From positions 1 to 63,734 of the forward strand of contig JAAILG010000647.1 of assembly GCA_012026655.1 (NCBI GenBank): a DNA stretch of 63,734 bases, read 5' to 3'. The DNA comes from Hydrolagus affinis (Eukaryota). A program made the translations under genes and the position numbers. The notes beneath the pieces were generated by a model. That model was not told the DNA's origin, made no database searches, and was given only the letters and a program-made list of their open reading frames with translations. Below, in pieces: positions 59,911-63,734 of the stretch. Position 1 is the first letter of the stretch. The number at the start of each line of letters is the position of its first letter.

Positions 59911-60829
59911 ATAACACATCAGTGGCTTCAGCAACAAGGTACAGTATATCCAAAAGAACAATTGCAGCCTTAGATATACCCTCTAACCAGGCACATGTCA
60001 CTATAACCAAGCTGTCTCATTCAAGTGCTATTCATAACACTTTCTTTCCTCTGGTCAGTGGCATGTTGCTGTGTTTTCATATATTTCTGGATTTTCTTCC
60101 CCAGGGTCAGTTTAATATTCATGAAAGTGGAGCGAATATGCATGAAGGCAGTGCGCAATCTCACAGCAGACATTCTTTTTATTCTTTCCACTAACAACCT
60201 CTCGACAACAGCAGCAGGTCATCCATGCAGTAGAGATCAAAGAGTCCACAGGCTGTAGCTGGAAAAACCCAGACCACTATTTAGTGTGAGGATAATTATC
60301 CCTTGCAAGTGCGAGGATTAATTAGGTCAGAGTAAACGCCCTGGACAATGTCAATCATTATTCCGTCGATATAAATGGTCAATAAAATCAATGAATAGTC
60401 CTTCTGAAAATGTCACCTCTTGCAAAAATACTGCAGTGCGTGGGCGGGCTAGAAGCAAAAGTCAGGAAAGACTGATCCTCTTTGCAATTATTCTAGCCAA
60501 CCTTTTCCTCAATAAATTGAATGCAGTGCAGAGTGAGTTATGTGGAAGAGACGTTTAACATCTGGCCATTTTACTCAGTATTTGTGCTGAAGGAGTTTTA
60601 CGTTGTGTTTATGCACCCGAGGAGAAGGTGCTTTACTCCCGACTGTGCAACAATGTGGGGTGAGAGGGGGAAAAGCCCAATTTATATTTCCTACTCTACA
60701 TGGTGTTAAGTTAGGACCAATAATAAAACGCTTGATTTTGACTTTTTGTAAATACATACCTCGCTAAAATTTGTTTTTCAATTCTATTAAAGAGTCAATA
60801 TGAGAGAAGACAACTTAAGAGCGTACCTT

Positions 60830-61090
60830 ATAAATGGTATAAACCAGAACTGTATTTTCAGATGTACCAAGATGGAGGACATAAATTTAAAGTTGCTAAA
60901 GTCAATTTCAAGACAGATATCAGGAGGTTTTACTTGATCGAGAAAGTGATTAATGACTGGAAAAGGTGGCCACTGAACACATTTAAAAAGCAGCTTGCTG
61001 ATATGATGAGATGACAATGGGTTGGGTATTCTGGAAGGGTGAGATCAGATGGGCCAAAAGGCTTTCTTCGCCTAAACTAATTTTGTGATC
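60830..61090 (+). mobile_element. old CR1 3' fragment
   Basis: ggacataaatttaaagttgctaaa..ttcaagacagatatcaggagg..catttaaaaagcagctt..gatgggccaaaaggc. Confidence 0.6.
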
Positions 61091-63630
61091 AGCAGTTTAA
61101 TCATATTAAATACAAGTCCACTGAAGTTATTATTTATGATGACTAGAGCTTTCAAGGAAGATAGTGTGGAGACAGCCCAGAGGTGGTTCTCCCCAGTTTT
61201 CTTGTAGTGCAATAGTGATTTTTCTTAGATGATAGGGTAGTCGTCATTGACTTTTTGGTAACCCTGTACAAGTCGAGGGTTTCATAGAGTGGATGACACA
61301 CATTAAGGCGAGAGTATTAACAATATTGAGGCGAGACCAGCATGTGAAACAGAGAAGCGTATAGTTTCACCGGCATATTGTAACAGGCATATGTACCCAC
61401 ACACACATGCATTCACACATACACACAAATATCTATCTTGGGAATGTTTTTGGATATAAAATAGTTTCATGAAGATCAATATTTACAGTGGTCTAGGCAA
61501 TGGAATAAATAAGAGCTACAGTTACTAGAGCTGTCATATACCGTGATTAGATTGTTTCTTTTAAAGTGCATAATCAAATGTAATTTTGTTGTTGTTTTTG
61601 TAATCCTCCTCAATGGTGTGGGATGATGAGATTTATTTAGACTTGTAATGCCCACTTCAGTAATGAAGCGTCAGCCTCAAGCAGGCTTGGGTGCTGCAAA
61701 AATACTATAGTATACTGTATATAGCTGACTGCACAGACAGTGGAGAGGGTTTTTTAAACAGGTAACATTGAATTGTTCCTCCTGTTTTGGGTGAGGGAGG
61801 CAGAAACAGTATCTCTCATGTCTGAGCAAATGCAAATTTAGATAAGAGTACATCTGTGACGATATTGCAATTTTCTGAATATTAGCTTAGTGATTGAGAT
61901 TCTGTAATAGCAATATCAAGACTCAATTATAGACGCATTTGTTTCAAACCTCTGTCAACTGTAGAGCATTTGTGGTAGATGAACAGCCAGCAAGCACTAC
62001 ATTGCTTACGCCACACAGGAATACTGATGAGTAACGCTTTCCCCCAAAGTTTATCTGTACGTAGAAGCATTAAAGTAATTAATCGTTTGAAGCCTCACTA
62101 AGAGACACAAGGCAATTATCAAAGGCTTTAGGCTGCGTCATAATTGACTGGCCTTCAGTCTCAATTCAGTAGGAACTCTAAATTAATTTCCTCAGGAATA
62201 ACATTCCGCAGGGATTCATATTATTTAACTACAAAATGAATACCAGCTCAAGATGATTAATTAGCCATGTTTTCCAATGGTCAATTTGATAACCGAGTTT
62301 CCTTTGTAATCCAAGTAATCATTCTGATACCATCAATCAATTGCATTATTTACTCTTTGGAGTGCAATGTTGGTTTAATGAACTGATGGCAAAAGGAGCT
62401 ATGGACAGGTATTTTGCATGAACCAAACTGAATGCTGCACTTTTTCAAGAATGATTTAATGCAGGTTCCTAAATAGAGATCTTTCACACCACAACTAATG
62501 TAAGTGGAGGGGGTTGGGGGTGTGGCGGGTGGGGGGAGCGGGTGGAGAGAAAATGAGAGAGACGTAGTTTAACATCAAATCCTAGAGATTAGTAGATTGT
62601 TCCAACAACTTTACCACCAAATCCCCGGGGACCAATAATGTGCTCGGAATAATTCTCTAACACATGCACCTGCTTACAATACAGTGCCCTATTTCATATT
62701 ATAACTTCATGTTAAACTGCCGAATACTCAGTTGTGGTTCTAACAGAGAACTTAAAACTTGAAGGCATTAAACTGTAGTACTGAAAAAATATTTACTTTT
62801 CCCTCTAATTCATTATGCGGTTTCTTCTGCACTACTTGCAAATGAAGTTAATGGTAGGGGCTCACATTCAATATTCATATCTGGAGGTTTATTTACTAGG
62901 GATTGCAATGCTCAATGGAATGCCTAGAGCAGCATTCTGCAAATTGTGTGCAGCTCCAGTCATAGGCAGTGAACTGAAAAGCCTTGTGAAAAGCATATCC
63001 AAACCCAGGCACCAGAGTATTTTAGACAGCAAGCTAAAGCACTTTATCAAAATGGAAGCCTCTAATGCTACCAGTACTTTTCATGCTGGGCAAACCTTGC
63101 CTTGCATGCTTTGCTTTAAAATTATATTTTACTGGCCATTTATTATAATACAACATTGAGTATAAGCATGATGCTCACAGAAGGGATGTATATATAGACC
63201 AATTATAACAGTGAAAATAAATCCACTGATATGGTTCCAAAATCCAACAGTCATTTCCTATGTAAAATATGCCTATAACCGAACCTAGTTTTTATCTACA
63301 TTGCCTCTCGAAATTATCAGGACACCACTGTATGATTCCAGAAATTAGATGTTTTGTAAATACTAATTTGTGTAAATATTAATTTGTGCATTTTCTTTTA
63401 AAGAAGTGCGGAGACACGGCCTGCTGACTTTACCATGCAGTCGTGGTGCTGACAGCAACCTTGCCAGAGATACAATAAGAACCACAACAACATTACATTT
63501 GTAGAGTGCCTTTCACGTTGGGAGGATACTCAGTGAATAAGACGGCAGACAATAACTGAAGATACTAAGACCTACTGGACACTTTCATGGGCAGCAGCAT
63601 GCACAACAATGGAATGGAATATAGGATATA

Positions 63631-63734
63631 CCGTAAATACCCACGTATAAGGCACACTCGCGTATAAGGCGCACCCCCCACTTTTGACCTTTTGTTGGTG
63701 AAAAAAACGGAAGCATTTTCGATGATATTGCCAG
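63631..63734 (+). mobile_element. left end of a Tc1/mariner-superfamily (Tc2/pogo-type) DNA transposon, running out of the window
   Basis: TA|ccgtaaatacccacgtataaggcacactcgcgtataaggcgcaccc, a terminus with a repeated cgtataag motif. Confidence 0.65.

Noticed and set aside
60759-60782. Possible 24-nt GRIP1 microexon (aatag|...GAG|gtatgt)
   Set aside because: In-frame TAG in the required phase and it abuts a CR1 fragment; no support beyond the splice-like motifs
62505-62545. G-rich potential quadruplex
   Set aside because: Low-complexity intronic G runs with no functional context

Overview
Vertebrate genomic DNA. A cartilaginous fish, possibly a chimaera, is inferred from the Deu-domain tRNA-SINE, L2 and CR1 repeat content and the compact introns; the species cannot be proven from sequence. 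Two convergent genes are present in the same arrangement as in mammals. On + is the 3' part of DNA helicase B (HELB), with 7 coding exons from 669 to the stop at 8154. On - is most of GRIP1 (glutamate receptor interacting protein 1, PDZ1-7), with 22 coding exons from 57839 down to the stop at 10120; its N-terminal exon(s) lie beyond the window. All exons have GT-AG boundaries and splice into uninterrupted frames (HELB 1423 nt, GRIP1 3215 nt). GRIP1 exon numbers follow the human gene as recalled. Introns are filled with tRNA/Deu SINEs, L2 and CR1 LINE fragments and several non-autonomous DNA transposons; there is one 100-N gap. I see no convincing novel multi-gene system. The best leads are: a duplicated GRIP1 3' splice-site region completed by a SINE, a candidate 15-nt microexon, a diverged intronic duplication next to a cryptic Pro-rich exon, a foldback Tigger MITE carrying transposase N-terminal relics, an unclassified TIR element, and a possible HELB/GRIP1 3' UTR overlap. 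Repeat boundaries are approximate; exon boundaries were counted by hand.
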